Source: Octopus bimaculoides (lineage: Eukaryota). From it: a stretch of DNA of 50,546 bases. Shown piece after piece: positions 12,383-23,028 of this stretch; position 1 is the first letter of the stretch; the number at the start of each line of letters is the position of its first letter. The stretch lies in contig NC_068986.1 in assembly GCF_001194135.2 (NCBI RefSeq), positions 49,585,924 through 49,636,469 on the forward strand, in the 5' to 3' direction. The notes under the pieces are model-generated. The model did no database searches and was not told the origin of the DNA. It saw nothing but the letters and a program-made list of their open reading frames with translations. The position numbers and the translations under genes are program-made.

Positions 12383-12599
12383 TCAAATGTCCAGTTAGCT
12401 TTCTATATGTGATTGCCCACAGTCTAAGGGCTACAAGAGGAAATTAGGGGTCACAGACACTTAGTTCACTTCATCCTTGGTAAAAGTCAATTGTTCTTCA
12501 AGGGAAACTTTCAGCTGTTAGCTGTTGTGCGGATTGGTTAAGTTCCCTGACTGACTTTGTTGGTAGGGTTGGGCTGAGGATTCAAACTGAATCTAAAAA

Positions 12600-13140
12600 G
12601 CTTGAGGAAGTGTAGGAGGAGAGTGAAGAAGGGAAATGAAGAGAGAAGGGAAAGAGGGAGAGTGAGGAGAGTGAGGAGAAGAAAGAGAATGAAGAGTGAA
12701 GAGAAGGAGAATGAAGAGGGAGGGAAGGAGGAGAATGAAGAGGGAGGGAAAGAGGAGAATGAGGAGAGACTGAGAAAGGGGAAGGAGGAAACTGAAGAGA
12801 GAGAGAGAGAGAGGAAAGCAGGATGAATGTGGAAGGAGAGAATGGTAAAAAGGAGGGAGAGAAAGGGGAGAATGAAGAGAGGAGAGAGTGTGTAGAAGAG
12901 AAGAAAAGGTAAAGAGGGAAAGAGAAAAGAGGGCAAGTGAGAAGAGGAGAAAGAGAGAGAAAAAAGGGGATAGTGGGAAGAGGAGAGAGAGGAGTGAGAA
13001 AAGTGTAGAGAGAGAAACAGGAGAGGGGAAGAGAGGAAGGGAGAGGGTGAGAAAAGAGGAGAGAGAAAAACAGAAAAGAGAGGGGAAGAGAAGAAAGGAG
13101 GGGAGAGGGTGAGAAAGTAAGAGGGGAGAGAGAGAAAGAT
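12600..13140. repeat. Polypurine (GA-rich) tract of about 540 bp
   Basis: Almost exclusively G/A on the plus strand, with an internal 24-bp repeat gaaggagaatgaagagggaggg. Confidence 0.9.
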
Positions 13141-13455
13141 TGTATGTTTAGAATGGGAGGGAAGAAGAAACAGTAGTTAACAACACAGGAGGTGTTATAT
13201 AGTGAGGTGTAAAAACAACAACAACAACAACAACAACATACTAACATCTGTAGAAAGACAGTTTCTTTCAATTTCTTTTTTAAGGGAAGTTGTCTTTTTT
13301 ACCTTTTTCTGGAGATATATAGCAAAAATTTTTTTTTAAAAAAATTGCAAAAAAAAATAAAATAAAAATAAAGATTAAAAAATATCACTGAGTAAATTCT
13401 GCTGGTTTAAGGCTGTCTGTTCATTTTAAATTCTAAGTCACCATTTAAGCCATAG

Positions 13456-16400
13456 TTATGTACCGTTTGCTGATGGTAGGCAAATATATTCTATAGTAGT
13501 ACAATAACCTAAATCTAAGGACGAGGTCATAGAGTGAGCTTCAGTGAGAGAGAGGACATTGGAGGCAGTGTTTGGGTCAACCGTTTGAGCTTGAGCTATG
13601 ACCTGTCCGTCTGCACGGAAGTGACCGGCAGTGATGGTGTCCGCGCGGAACTGCGGATGCTGTAGTATATCGCCGCGGAATTGGCTGTTTTGCAAGGTGT
13701 GCATGTTCGATTCGGCAACCTGCACCAGCTGCGTGTCAACAGTACCTGTGTGCTGTGTGGTGATCTGCTGCGTCGTTGCAATATGAGTCGGCACTGCAGC
13801 TTCGGTCATTGCAACAGCAATCATCTCGGAAGTAAGCAGAGAGTGGGCCTCAGGCGTGACGGTCACCTCTTGCGCATCCAACGGACTGCTTTCAACCTCT
13901 TTGTAAGGAATTTGCTCGAGCTGTTGTTCTTCTTGCTCTTCAGTCAATAAATCCATCTGGTTAGGTGGAAGGGAATTCCTTGGTGCACGCTGCTTACGCT
14001 CTTTGATTGGGAAAATTTGACTACCTTCCGGGGGTTTTCTGGGGTCAATCTCTTTATTATAAAGGCCTGTAAAAACTGAGAGAACTTCGAGGCTTTTGTG
14101 GTCACACTGGTCCTGATGAACCTCTAACAAGTGGTTACGGAAATCTTTTGTACTGTTTGTGCCAAATGGGCAAAACTTGCATGGGTAAATGAACAGACCC
14201 ATGTGCCGTTTGGTTTTTGTTATGTGTTTACGAATATTTTCATGAGTATTACAGGAGTAAGAACAATATGGACATTTATAAGGTTTGGAACCAATGTGTA
14301 TACGCATGTGGCGCCGCAAGTGGGTACTGTTACCGGCTTTGTACGTGCAATAATCACAATGGTATGTCCTCTCTCCAGTGTGGATTCTCGAATGACGAGC
14401 TAGCCGAGTCTTTGTAGCGCCAGAATAGCCACAGATGTCACACAAAAATGGTTTTTCGCCAGTATGTGTTCGAACGTGGCTATTTAGTTCGCTTTTGAAA
14501 ACAAAGTCCCATCGGCAATTGGGGAAGGGGCATTTATGGATGCGCTGCCCATGACGTCGCATGTGGGCAACCAGCTGCATTTTCAGTGGGAAAGCCTGAC
14601 CGCAAACATCGCACATGTGGGTGAACTTGCCCACATCATTGTTCTCGTGTTGCTTCATGTGTACATTAAAAGAGAAAACTTTTTGAAATTCTTTGCCGCA
14701 TATCTGACATTTGCGTTCCGTTAAACCCAAATGGCGCAGAATGTGGCGGCGCAGAGACAGACTAGAGATGAAACCATTCTGGCAGAACCTGCAGACAAAC
14801 GGCTTTTCTCCCGTGTGCATGCGGAGGTGTTCCATCACGTGTTCCTTTTTCAGCTTCTTAGAACATTCCGGACACTGTACGGAACTATCACGTGGTTGCT
14901 TAGCAACTTCGTCCAAGTAGGCTCGAAACTGGCTGGTAGTGATGTCTTGGCCCCGAAACTTAGCCCTTACAGCTTCTTCATTGCTCATGTGATTATGATG
15001 CGCCTCGACGTGGAACTGGCACCAGCGCTCATCATCAAACTTCTTACCACACTCTTCGCATGTATACAAGTTGGTTTCATTGCCTTTTACCAAGTTCATC
15101 TGATGCATTTTACCAGCATAGTGCACCCGTAATGCTTTCTCAGACAGGAACACTAGATCGCAGACGTTGCACATAAAAACATGGCCAGAATGTACATCGA
15201 GATAGTGTGGCCGAAGATCACCGTAAGTGGGAGCTGTGAAATCACAATGGTCACACTTATAGATTTTGTCTTTGGGTTTGCTCTTCCGAGCTGCTGAGTA
15301 CTTCCGAGGACCACTGACTTTGAGAGTCTTCTCGGGTTCTTTGTCTCCATTCACATACAGATCATCTTTATCGTTACTGGCCACTTCTTCTTCTTCTCCC
15401 GGAATGGATTCATCTTCATCTCCTTCCATAACCACTTCATCAGTTGGTATTAAATCAGGATTGAAAGTCTTCTTCTTCCGCCGAGGTGTACTCACCCGCT
15501 CACTGGTCAGTTTCTTATTATGCCTGTCTGTCTTCAAATGCAGCTTCAATGAGTAGCTGTCAGAAAAATTCTTATTGCAAGAGTTACAAGAAAAGGGTTT
15601 CTCTTTGGTGTGACGCCTTCGTATGTGGATTTCCAACGATGACATTGAGTGGCACTGAATGTTACAATGAGGACACTCAGGTTTGTGTCGGCCCTTGCGC
15701 CTCGGTGAAGCCTTCACCTTTTTGCCACTCTTATGTTTATGTCTTATGTGACGGCGGAGACGAACTGACGAGTGCATCATTATATCGCAGAAAGGGCACT
15801 GAATCTGGTAGCGGCACTCTTTAATGATGCACAACTGCTTTTGTCGTTCCAGTGCCTCCTTATGTTGGAGGTCTTCTGTTAAATGATTTAACATCTCAGC
15901 ATTGGAAGACAGCTTAAGGCTGCAAACGGTACAAAACATAGGACCCACGAGAGCAAGACAGTTCTTTGAATGTTCGCTAGTGTTCATATGGTCCATCAGA
16001 TCATTCTCTCGGTTGAAATAAAACTGGCAGACTCCACACTGAAATGGACTGAGCCGGATCACGAAACGGTAATATTTCTCTAGAACGTGGAAGCCATCTG
16101 GGTGATTTTTAGCCCGGTTTTGATGATATCGAGTCAGTATATGCCTACCAATGACATATTTACTGAAAAAAGACTTATCACATATCTGGCAATGATGCAC
16201 AGAACTTTTGCCATTGTCCTTTTTGCTCTTCTTCTGTTTCTTTGTAGATTGTTCTTCAGCGATGACAACTTCATTGGAGTCTTTAGACGTTCCAGCAGTG
16301 TCTTTAGGGGAATCGGCAGATTTTTCTACATGTTCACAACAGAAGCTGTCACATGCAGAGCAGTAATTTTCTTTGAGATTACTTGAATCTGGCTCTTTAC

Positions 16401-17400
16401 TGGTAACAACATTAGTAGAGCTTTCTTCAACACCAGTTACATCTTCCAATATAGAACTGTCATCAGCAGAAATATTGGTGTTGTTTTTATTTAGCTGCAA
16501 CTCATGAGGGGTTTCTCCAGGTTTCCACTTGCCACGCGTATAACTGGGATGAGGGAAATTCTTAGAAGACGATGGACCTTCGCCAGGTTTCCATTTACCG
16601 CCTGTGTGAGTTCTTGGAGGTACATTGTCTTCATCAGAAGAATAATCATTTGAATCACTCGACAATTCTGTATAGGAGAAATCCAACTCTTCATCACTGG
16701 AAAAATCAAGACTGCTAAAAATATTCGAGATGGGTAAATCACTGTGACTACCGGCCGAACCTTTATCCAGCGTTGTTGTGTTCACAGCTCGGTTTTGTTT
16801 TGGAGGCAAACAATGGCGTTCATTGTCTTCCTTCTTGCATTGAAGTTCTAGAGAGTGAAAGAAATTCTCCCCACTCTTAACTGGGGATGAAGGCGAAGCC
16901 TGTGGCAGCTGGTTGTCTTTCTCAGCTGCTGGTTCATCTGTGGTGACTACTGCAGCAGTGACTGCTTCAGATACGTCTTTGACAACATCACTGACTTCAG
17001 TAATGGTGTCGGTTGTAACGATTACAGGTTCTTGCAGGAGTTCAATGGGGTGAGATTCCTCACTGACTGTAAAGTTGACAGTCTTCAGTTGCGCAGAATT
17101 CTCCAGTGCAGCCTTGTCAACAATGTTACTGCTCAGACTGATGGTCTCCAACCTTGGTTCCAGCACGCAATGCTCCTCTGAAGCGACGGTAGATGTGCTG
17201 GCATCGCTGCAATCAGTTTCAAACATATCTTGGGCAGATGCAGTGGGTGGGATCTTACCGAGACTGTTCAAAGCCTGCTGAGCAATACTCTTCGTTGATT
17301 GGCAGCCAGCCTGCTTGTGCTGAACATAGTTCATCAAACCAACTATGGTCTGATGACAGCTGAGACACATGTGCATATCTTGCTCTGCGTTGGCCATCAT
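13456..17400 (-). CDS. ZNF407: Multi-C2H2 zinc-finger protein, probable ZNF407 orthologue (about 1314 aa, single coding exon)
   Basis: The ORF track shows a 1347-aa ORF. Its first 33 codons lie largely in intron-like sequence upstream of a splice acceptor (polypyrimidine tract + CAG at 17420-17422), so the start is placed at ATG ATG 17400/17397; the stop is TAA at 13456-13458. It has many C2H2 fingers with TGEKP linkers and several U1/matrin-like fingers (HILTRYH, HMNTSEH, HLKTDRH, HYAGKMH). The C-terminal array KCPFPNC...HVRTHTGEKPFLCDICGYSG...ENIRKHITKTKRHMG..YPC..C.FGTN...FRNHLLEVH parallels human ZNF407 as I recall it (KCTWPTC...RTHTGEKSFLCDLCGFAG...ENIRKHILHTGKHEG..YNC..CDYGTN...FRNHLKEQH). 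Orthology needs reciprocal BLAST or a tree. Confidence 0.88.
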   Translation of the reverse strand: MMANAEQDMHMCLSCHQTIVGLMNYVQHKQAGCQSTKSIAQQALNSLGKIPPTASAQDMFETDCSDASTSTVASEEHCVLEPRLETISLSSNIVDKAALENSAQLKTVNFTVSEESHPIELLQEPVIVTTDTITEVSDVVKDVSEAVTAAVVTTDEPAAEKDNQLPQASPSSPVKSGENFFHSLELQCKKEDNERHCLPPKQNRAVNTTTLDKGSAGSHSDLPISNIFSSLDFSSDEELDFSYTELSSDSNDYSSDEDNVPPRTHTGGKWKPGEGPSSSKNFPHPSYTRGKWKPGETPHELQLNKNNTNISADDSSILEDVTGVEESSTNVVTSKEPDSSNLKENYCSACDSFCCEHVEKSADSPKDTAGTSKDSNEVVIAEEQSTKKQKKSKKDNGKSSVHHCQICDKSFFSKYVIGRHILTRYHQNRAKNHPDGFHVLEKYYRFVIRLSPFQCGVCQFYFNRENDLMDHMNTSEHSKNCLALVGPMFCTVCSLKLSSNAEMLNHLTEDLQHKEALERQKQLCIIKECRYQIQCPFCDIMMHSSVRLRRHIRHKHKSGKKVKASPRRKGRHKPECPHCNIQCHSMSSLEIHIRRRHTKEKPFSCNSCNKNFSDSYSLKLHLKTDRHNKKLTSERVSTPRRKKKTFNPDLIPTDEVVMEGDEDESIPGEEEEVASNDKDDLYVNGDKEPEKTLKVSGPRKYSAARKSKPKDKIYKCDHCDFTAPTYGDLRPHYLDVHSGHVFMCNVCDLVFLSEKALRVHYAGKMHQMNLVKGNETNLYTCEECGKKFDDERWCQFHVEAHHNHMSNEEAVRAKFRGQDITTSQFRAYLDEVAKQPRDSSVQCPECSKKLKKEHVMEHLRMHTGEKPFVCRFCQNGFISSLSLRRHILRHLGLTERKCQICGKEFQKVFSFNVHMKQHENNDVGKFTHMCDVCGQAFPLKMQLVAHMRRHGQRIHKCPFPNCRWDFVFKSELNSHVRTHTGEKPFLCDICGYSGATKTRLARHSRIHTGERTYHCDYCTYKAGNSTHLRRHMRIHIGSKPYKCPYCSYSCNTHENIRKHITKTKRHMGLFIYPCKFCPFGTNSTKDFRNHLLEVHQDQCDHKSLEVLSVFTGLYNKEIDPRKPPEGSQIFPIKERKQRAPRNSLPPNQMDLLTEEQEEQQLEQIPYKEVESSPLDAQEVTVTPEAHSLLTSEMIAVAMTEAAVPTHIATTQQITTQHTGTVDTQLVQVAESNMHTLQNSQFRGDILQHPQFRADTITAGHFRADGQVIAQAQTVDPNTASNVLSLTEAHSMTSSLDLGYCTTIEYICLPSANGT

Positions 17401-17419
17401 GATACCAATTGGACTGTTC

Positions 17420-17450
17420 CTGAAAGACAAAAGATAAAAAAAAATCTTGA
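17420..17450 (-). promoter_or_regulatory. 3' splice acceptor preceding the ZNF407-like coding exon (5'-UTR intron)
   Basis: Minus strand reads tttttttttatcttttgtctttcag|GAACAGTCCAATTGGTATCATGATGGCC; the exon starts at 17419, with the ATG 19 nt downstream. Confidence 0.75.
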
Positions 17451-17794
17451 AAGATTGCAGCACATCATTTAATCGTTTACACACTACACTCTTATACATT
17501 CAGTATTCAACAGGAGGAGCAGAAGGTGGGGTGATGCATTTGTGAGCTAAAATCTGTTTGGACATATTTTGTGGTTAGAGTAAATATGTTAACAGATAAC
17601 TAATCTTTCAACGACCCAGTCCACTGAGTTCTAAACTGGTACCACAGCAAGGTTACAATTCACCATTGCTAGTAGCAACAGTAGCAACTATATGAAACTG
17701 ACTAGGGATTTGTTAGTTTTACAGGATGGAGTTAATTTCTGAGGGGCTGGGGAAAGCTACACATGATACATCAACTTTCTTTCCTGAGAAATAC

Positions 17795-18010
17795 TGATTT
17801 CAAATTTTAGCACAAGGCCAACATGTTCAGGGAGGGATATAGTTGAATACAGTGACCCCTAGTGCGTAACTGGTACTTTATTTCATCAACCCTGAAAGGA
17901 TGAAAGGTAAAAGTTGACCTTGACAGAATTAGATCTCAAAATGTAAAGACGGGACAAAATACCACTAAGCATTTCACCAGGAGTGCAAACAGTTCTGCCA
18001 GCTTACAGCC
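17795..18010 (-). mobile_element. SINE family C
   Basis: ccctgaaaggatgaaaggtaaagttgacc...gttctgccagc. Confidence 0.75.
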
Positions 18011-18169
18011 TTTTTCCTGAGAAACATTTCTGTCACACTCACTTAACACTACTGAGACCAAAGACCAAATATAAACTCTGTCTACCTGGTTATTTTGCAG
18101 GTACTTAATGTCTGGTTCTTTTCCTTAACACAAATGACACTTGACCATCATTTAGTGGGTATCTTATCT

Positions 18170-18535
18170 TATCATCATTTACTTGTTTCAGACACTGAAC
18201 TGCGGCCATGCTGGTGTACTGTTTTGCATGGTTCAGTCAAACAAATCAACTCCAGTACTTATTTTTTTAAGCCTGGCACACATTTTATTAATCTCTTTTG
18301 CTGAACCAGTAGAATAAGCAAACACTGGTTTATCAAGTGGCAGGGAGACAAACGCAAAAACACACACGCACAAAAGGCTTCTGCACAATTTCCGTCTACC
18401 AAATTCACTGAAAAGCCTAAACTGGCCTGGGGCCATAGTAGAGGACACTTGCCCAAAATGCAATACAATAGAACTGAAAAAAAATGCATGCGGTTGTAAA
18501 GCAAGCTTCTTAACTACACAGTCATGCTTGCAGAC
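18170..18535 (-). mobile_element. SINE family A, degenerate
   Basis: acttgtttcag...tgcggccatgctgg...agaggacacttgcccaa is the reverse complement of family A. Confidence 0.7.
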
Positions 18536-19058
18536 AAACTGAAATGAATGGTTTCTATGTAAGACACTGACTGACTCCACAGCAGATCTTGAACCAATCA
18601 CACACACATTTCATTAGGCATTCAGTAACCTAGCCCAATAAGCCATAAGTTAAGTCTTATACAGAGCAATAATAAAAAAAAAAAATTAAATTAAAATATA
18701 ATAACAAAAAAAAAACACACACCGAAAGACTTGCATTAATTATAGTTTTGAGTTTTAGTTTAAACTGTTCAGCAAAACTCAATACAACTAATTCTTAATT
18801 AAAATCTTAATAAAGATTATTTTTGTTTCTAACATTTAATTATCATGCAAAATTATGAACCCCTACCCCTCACACCACCTACATGTCTCCATCGTCACCG
18901 ATCTCTGCTAGGAAATAAATGAAATTATAATGAAAAACTAGAGTTTTGCTGTTATTTTTTTTTCTTCTTTTGTCAACTTATTAAATACATTATTATAAGT
19001 CTCATGTTTCTACATAACCATAAATATATTTATCTCAAGCTTATTTCTTTCTTCATTT

Positions 19059-19092
<34 letters not shown>

Positions 19093-19386
19093 TAATACGA
19101 GTAATAATAAAGATAGAAGAAAGTGGAGGAAGGCAGAGCAGATTCAGCACTAGTTTGCAAATATCAAACTATGTGCTCCAGCAATTCTAAAGACGAGACT
19201 TAAATATAGACTTTACTATCATTTCTTTCTCCATAACACCTCAACCACATCTCTCTTTCATTCTTGCAGATATCCCAGTCAGCAGAAACATTCTTGATTT
19301 TAGCCTAATAGATAGCCTCCACTTGGATGCTCAACCTGCTAGAAGTAGCAGCTAAATATCTCTCGAATCAACTGCCCAATGCTGTC

Positions 19387-19700
19387 TTAACCCTTTAGCA
19401 TTCAGATTTCTTTGACAGAGTGGATCTATGATCAAATGTATTTTGGCCCTTTTCAAAAGGGGGCTTCTTACTTGGCCAATTTTATCACCTGCATCTATCT
19501 TTGTTTAACCCTTTAGCATTTAAACAGGCAATATCCGACCTGAGTATTCTGCCTGTTTTATGTTCAAACTAGCCAGATCCAGCCTCTCACACCTACCCTA
19601 CAATGCCATTCTAAAAATAAACAATTACATCTTTGAAATTTCAAAGCTACAAGATAACACAGTATTAAATTTTAAAAATGTGAGTAAATAAGTATCCCAT
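19387..19700. mobile_element. piggyBac-type MITE ends (two TTAA-CCCTTTAGCATT termini)
   Basis: ttaaccctttagcatt at 19387 and 19505; the second continues as the reverse complement of the family body. Confidence 0.65.
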
Positions 19701-20221
19701 GTTGACCTGGGACTACACAACAATAAGTAACACACAACACAGTACACATACATTGTCTCCTCTACATAGCCACTTGACCTGCTAGAAATAGTAGCATCTC
19801 TGCCTCAAACTACACACACACACACACACGCACATCTTTATCATATAGTGACAAGGACACATTAAGTAATATAGTTTTAATGTACTAGTCGCTAAAATGA
19901 CTGATGGTGGTGGTCATGGTTAGAACACCTTAAATCATTTAGCTCCAGGACTACTCAATATGAACTGATAGAGAGCTAAACTACAACAGCAACAACCATC
20001 AAAGTCAAGTCTAGAAGCATTTCCATCGAAATAGAAATGACAGCAATCACAACAGAAGGAGGAGGAAAATTAAGAAGTAATATCATTGGTCATGCCTGCC
20101 CTCAATGAAATCCCAGGCAACCAAAGCCATTTCACAGAATCTTGATTGACTTCTGTCAGTCATCTCATATCTACATCATGTACCACCACTTAAAAGCTAA
20201 TAACAAAAAAATAACAATAAT

Positions 20222-20385
20222 AATCTTTTCTATTATGGGCACAAGACCAGCGATTTTGGGGAGGGGACTAGTTAATTTCGTTGACCACAGTGTTTCACTG
20301 GTACTTAATCTATTGATCCTGAAAGGATGAAAGGCAAAGTTGACCCAGCATTCTAACAATTCTGCCAGCACACTGCAGTGATAAT
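20222..20385 (-). mobile_element. SINE family C, internally deleted
   Basis: gatcctgaaaggatgaaaggcaaagttgac...caattctgccagc, flanked by AAT. Confidence 0.75.
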
Positions 20386-20404
20386 AATAATAATAATAGT
20401 AAAA

Positions 20405-20710
20405 GACATTCGAGCGAGATCGTTGCCAGTACCACTGGACTGGCTCCTGCGCAGGTGGCATGTAAAATACACCATTTCGAGCTTGGCCGTTGTCAGTACC
20501 GCCTGACTGGCCTTCGTGCCGGTGGCACGTAAAAGCACCCACTACACCCTCGCAGTGGTTGGCGTTAGGAAGGGCATCCAGCTGTAGAAACTCTGCCAAA
20601 TCAGATTGGAGCCTGGTGTAGCCACCTGGTTTCACCAGTCCTCAGTCTAATCGTCCAACCCATGCTAGCATGGAAAGCAGACGTTAAACGATGATGATGA
20701 TGATGATGAG
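20405..20710 (+). mobile_element. SINE family D (Ceph/RTE-UTR-like domain, (GAT)n tail)
   Basis: ggtggcacgtaaaagcacc hairpins, ggcgttaggaagggcatccagctgtagaaac, and tail gacgttaaacgatgatgatg. Confidence 0.75.
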
Positions 20711-20713
20711 TAA

Positions 20714-21085
20714 TAACAAGAGCACTCAGAGAGCACAAACCTCTGCCAAGGCAACACCAAAGTCCTCTCAACGATTAACCAGAGATTAGTTTTAAAATGA
20801 GAATATCTGAAATAAACTCAACTGCTCTCATGGATGAGAATACTGAAAATGAACCCAACTGCTCTCAAAAATTAAGGAAAAAAAACAGGAAAAATAATCT
20901 AGAATCCTTGTCCGGTACCAGATCAATCCACAAACCTAATCAGTATGTGTCAATCACGAGGCCAAATATCCCAGAAAGTTTCATCTGAATCCATCCAGCG
21001 GTTCTTGAGGTATCTTGTCCACGGACAAACAAACAAACAAACACAACTGAAAACAATACCCCCGCCTTTGCCAAGGCGGGGCTAA
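20714..21085 (+). mobile_element. Helentron-associated non-autonomous element (HINE/DINE-1-like)
   Basis: 5' subterminal ctctgccaagg, (CAAA)n microsatellite near the 3' end, and 3' GC hairpin ccccgcctt-tgcc-aaggcgggg (21060-21081). Confidence 0.6.
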
Positions 21086-21089
21086 TAAT

Positions 21090-21440
21090 AATATTCAACC
21101 CTCTTACACCTCCACCTTTTTACTATGATACCGTTCACACCCCACAACTCTCTTCGCTTCCTTGTAATCTCTCCCTCTGCTCTTGCATAACTGTAAGAAT
21201 CATCTGTACAGAGCAGTTTACGAACCCTTCCTCCATCCTGCAACATACCACTCCCCCCTACTCTCTTTCACATACCCATTATACAAGGCATAATTTCTTC
21301 CTCACACACACCACTGCCACTGCAATTGTCTATGCATTCCAACCTCTTCCTGACCCCCCCCCCCTACATCTTTTACTATTATCGCTCTTATCACTTACAA
21401 CAAGCAGCCCCTGCCTAAGACTACCCTCTGGTTCTGTTTT
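21090..21440 (-). mobile_element. Possible highly decayed LINE RT fragment
   Basis: Minus-strand translation includes EGSLRQGLLVV and KLLCTDD, loosely resembling RT motifs QGSVLSPLLF and LLYADD. Confidence 0.3.
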
Positions 21441-21734
21441 ATGAAACTTTTCTTATTTTTAAAAATGTCCAAAAATTTAAATTAAAACCTGCTGTCATAA
21501 GGGCCTTTTGTTAAGCTTTGTTATTTTATGAAATCCTGCCAGATTCTGAACTATTTTCAAACTTAATTGAAACACACACACACACACACACACACACAGA
21601 AGCAGTTGTATATCAATAGAAATGTTTAAGTCACTCTCTCTCATACACACACACACACACACCATATTATCTTCAACTAACTCTTTATCTTTTAGTTTCC
21701 TCATTGCTCTACACACCTGAATGCTGCATATATT

Positions 21735-21985
21735 CATCATCATCATCATTTAATGTCCGCCTTCCATGCTGGCATGGGTTGGACGGTTTGACAGGAGCTG
21801 GCCAGGCAGGAGCCTGCACCAGACTCCTGTGTTTGTTTTGGGTGAGTTTTTATGGCTGGGTACCCATCCTAACACCAACCACCCAGCAGAGTGGAGTGCC
21901 TTTTATGTGGCAGAAGCACAAACAAGATCAGTTTTGGCAAGGTTTTTACAGCTGGATGCCCTTCCAAACACCAACCACTTTACAT
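21735..21985 (-). mobile_element. SINE family D fragment
   Basis: catcatcatcatttaatgtccg...cagctggatgcccttccaaacaccaaccac. Confidence 0.7.
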
Positions 21986-22115
21986 ACATACATAAGTCTC
22001 TCACTTTCTTGTAATTTGCTTATCTGCTTCTATATCTCTTAGTAGCACAATAGACATCATGCCAATCTCATATCATCATCACCATCATTTATGCACAAAT
22101 ACAAAAACACACATA

Positions 22116-22310
22116 TGAAGGCCTAGTAGTTCAGTTGCTGCACTCGTGATCACAAGATCATGGCTTTAATTCCTAGAGCACTGGTGCATTGTGTTGTTGA
22201 GCGTAACATTTCATTTCACATTACCCCAGACTACACAGCTGTAAAATGGGTAAGCCTGCAATGGATTGGTGTTCTGTTCAGCAAGAATGTTGCCTTACCC
22301 ATCAACTCAT
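22116..22310 (+). mobile_element. Degenerate tRNA-derived SINE
   Basis: Remnant A/B boxes and ttgagcgtaacatttcatttcac...cagctgtaaaatgggtaagcctgcaatggattgg, related to the 42500 element. Confidence 0.45.
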
Positions 22311-22952
22311 CTCGCCTTTGAAGTGGCATCATATATATATATACATAGATATAGATATAGCACAAAATTTTGTCAGTGAACAGGTCATGGTTTCAAAGCG
22401 ACGAAAATATTTTGACACAAATTAAATTTAAATGTTGAAGTGAATCTAACGGTTTTTGTGTAAACACATTCCATGCTGCAATTGTTTTTGTTTCAGCACA
22501 TGATCTCAGATCAAGTCATTTGCTATGCAAGAACATCTCCGTAATATATATATATTAATACCAAAAAGTACCTAATCTTTATATTTAACTTAACACAGAT
22601 GCCTCGTTTGAACACCAAATATTGGATTATTAGCCTTGAGATAGCTTTTCGTATAGGCATTTGGTGCATAAAAGCACATATATCACTCGTAGCAGACAAG
22701 GAATGGCTGTCATGAGTGCTGGAACTCCCAATATATGATATGATATGATTTCAGTCTATTTAAAGTCTGCATTACTTTGAAGGACTTTTTGCATTTCATA
22801 TTAATGCAATTAAATTATTTATTTATTTTTAATATAATATTATAAATTATTTACAAGTTTTTAAGTTACAAAACAATTTGTCAAATTAGAATTTCCTTAC
22901 TGTTAAATAAAATTTCAGCAAACTATTTCTCTGCCATTTATGGTTTTATATA

Positions 22953-23012
<60 letters not shown>

Positions 23013-23028
23013 TGTGTATGCATACCTA

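Noticed and set aside
12538-13271. Arg/Glu-rich and Ser/Leu/Phe-rich ORFs
   Set aside because: Translations of the polypurine/polypyrimidine tract.
13596-16742. Short antisense and alternate-frame ORFs within the ZNF gene
   Set aside because: Shadow ORFs of a long coding sequence; none resembles a known protein.
17401-17499. N-terminal 33 codons of the 1347-aa ORF (MYKSVV...)
   Set aside because: They run through a polypyrimidine tract and acceptor AG, so they are intronic/UTR read-through; the true start is more likely 17400.
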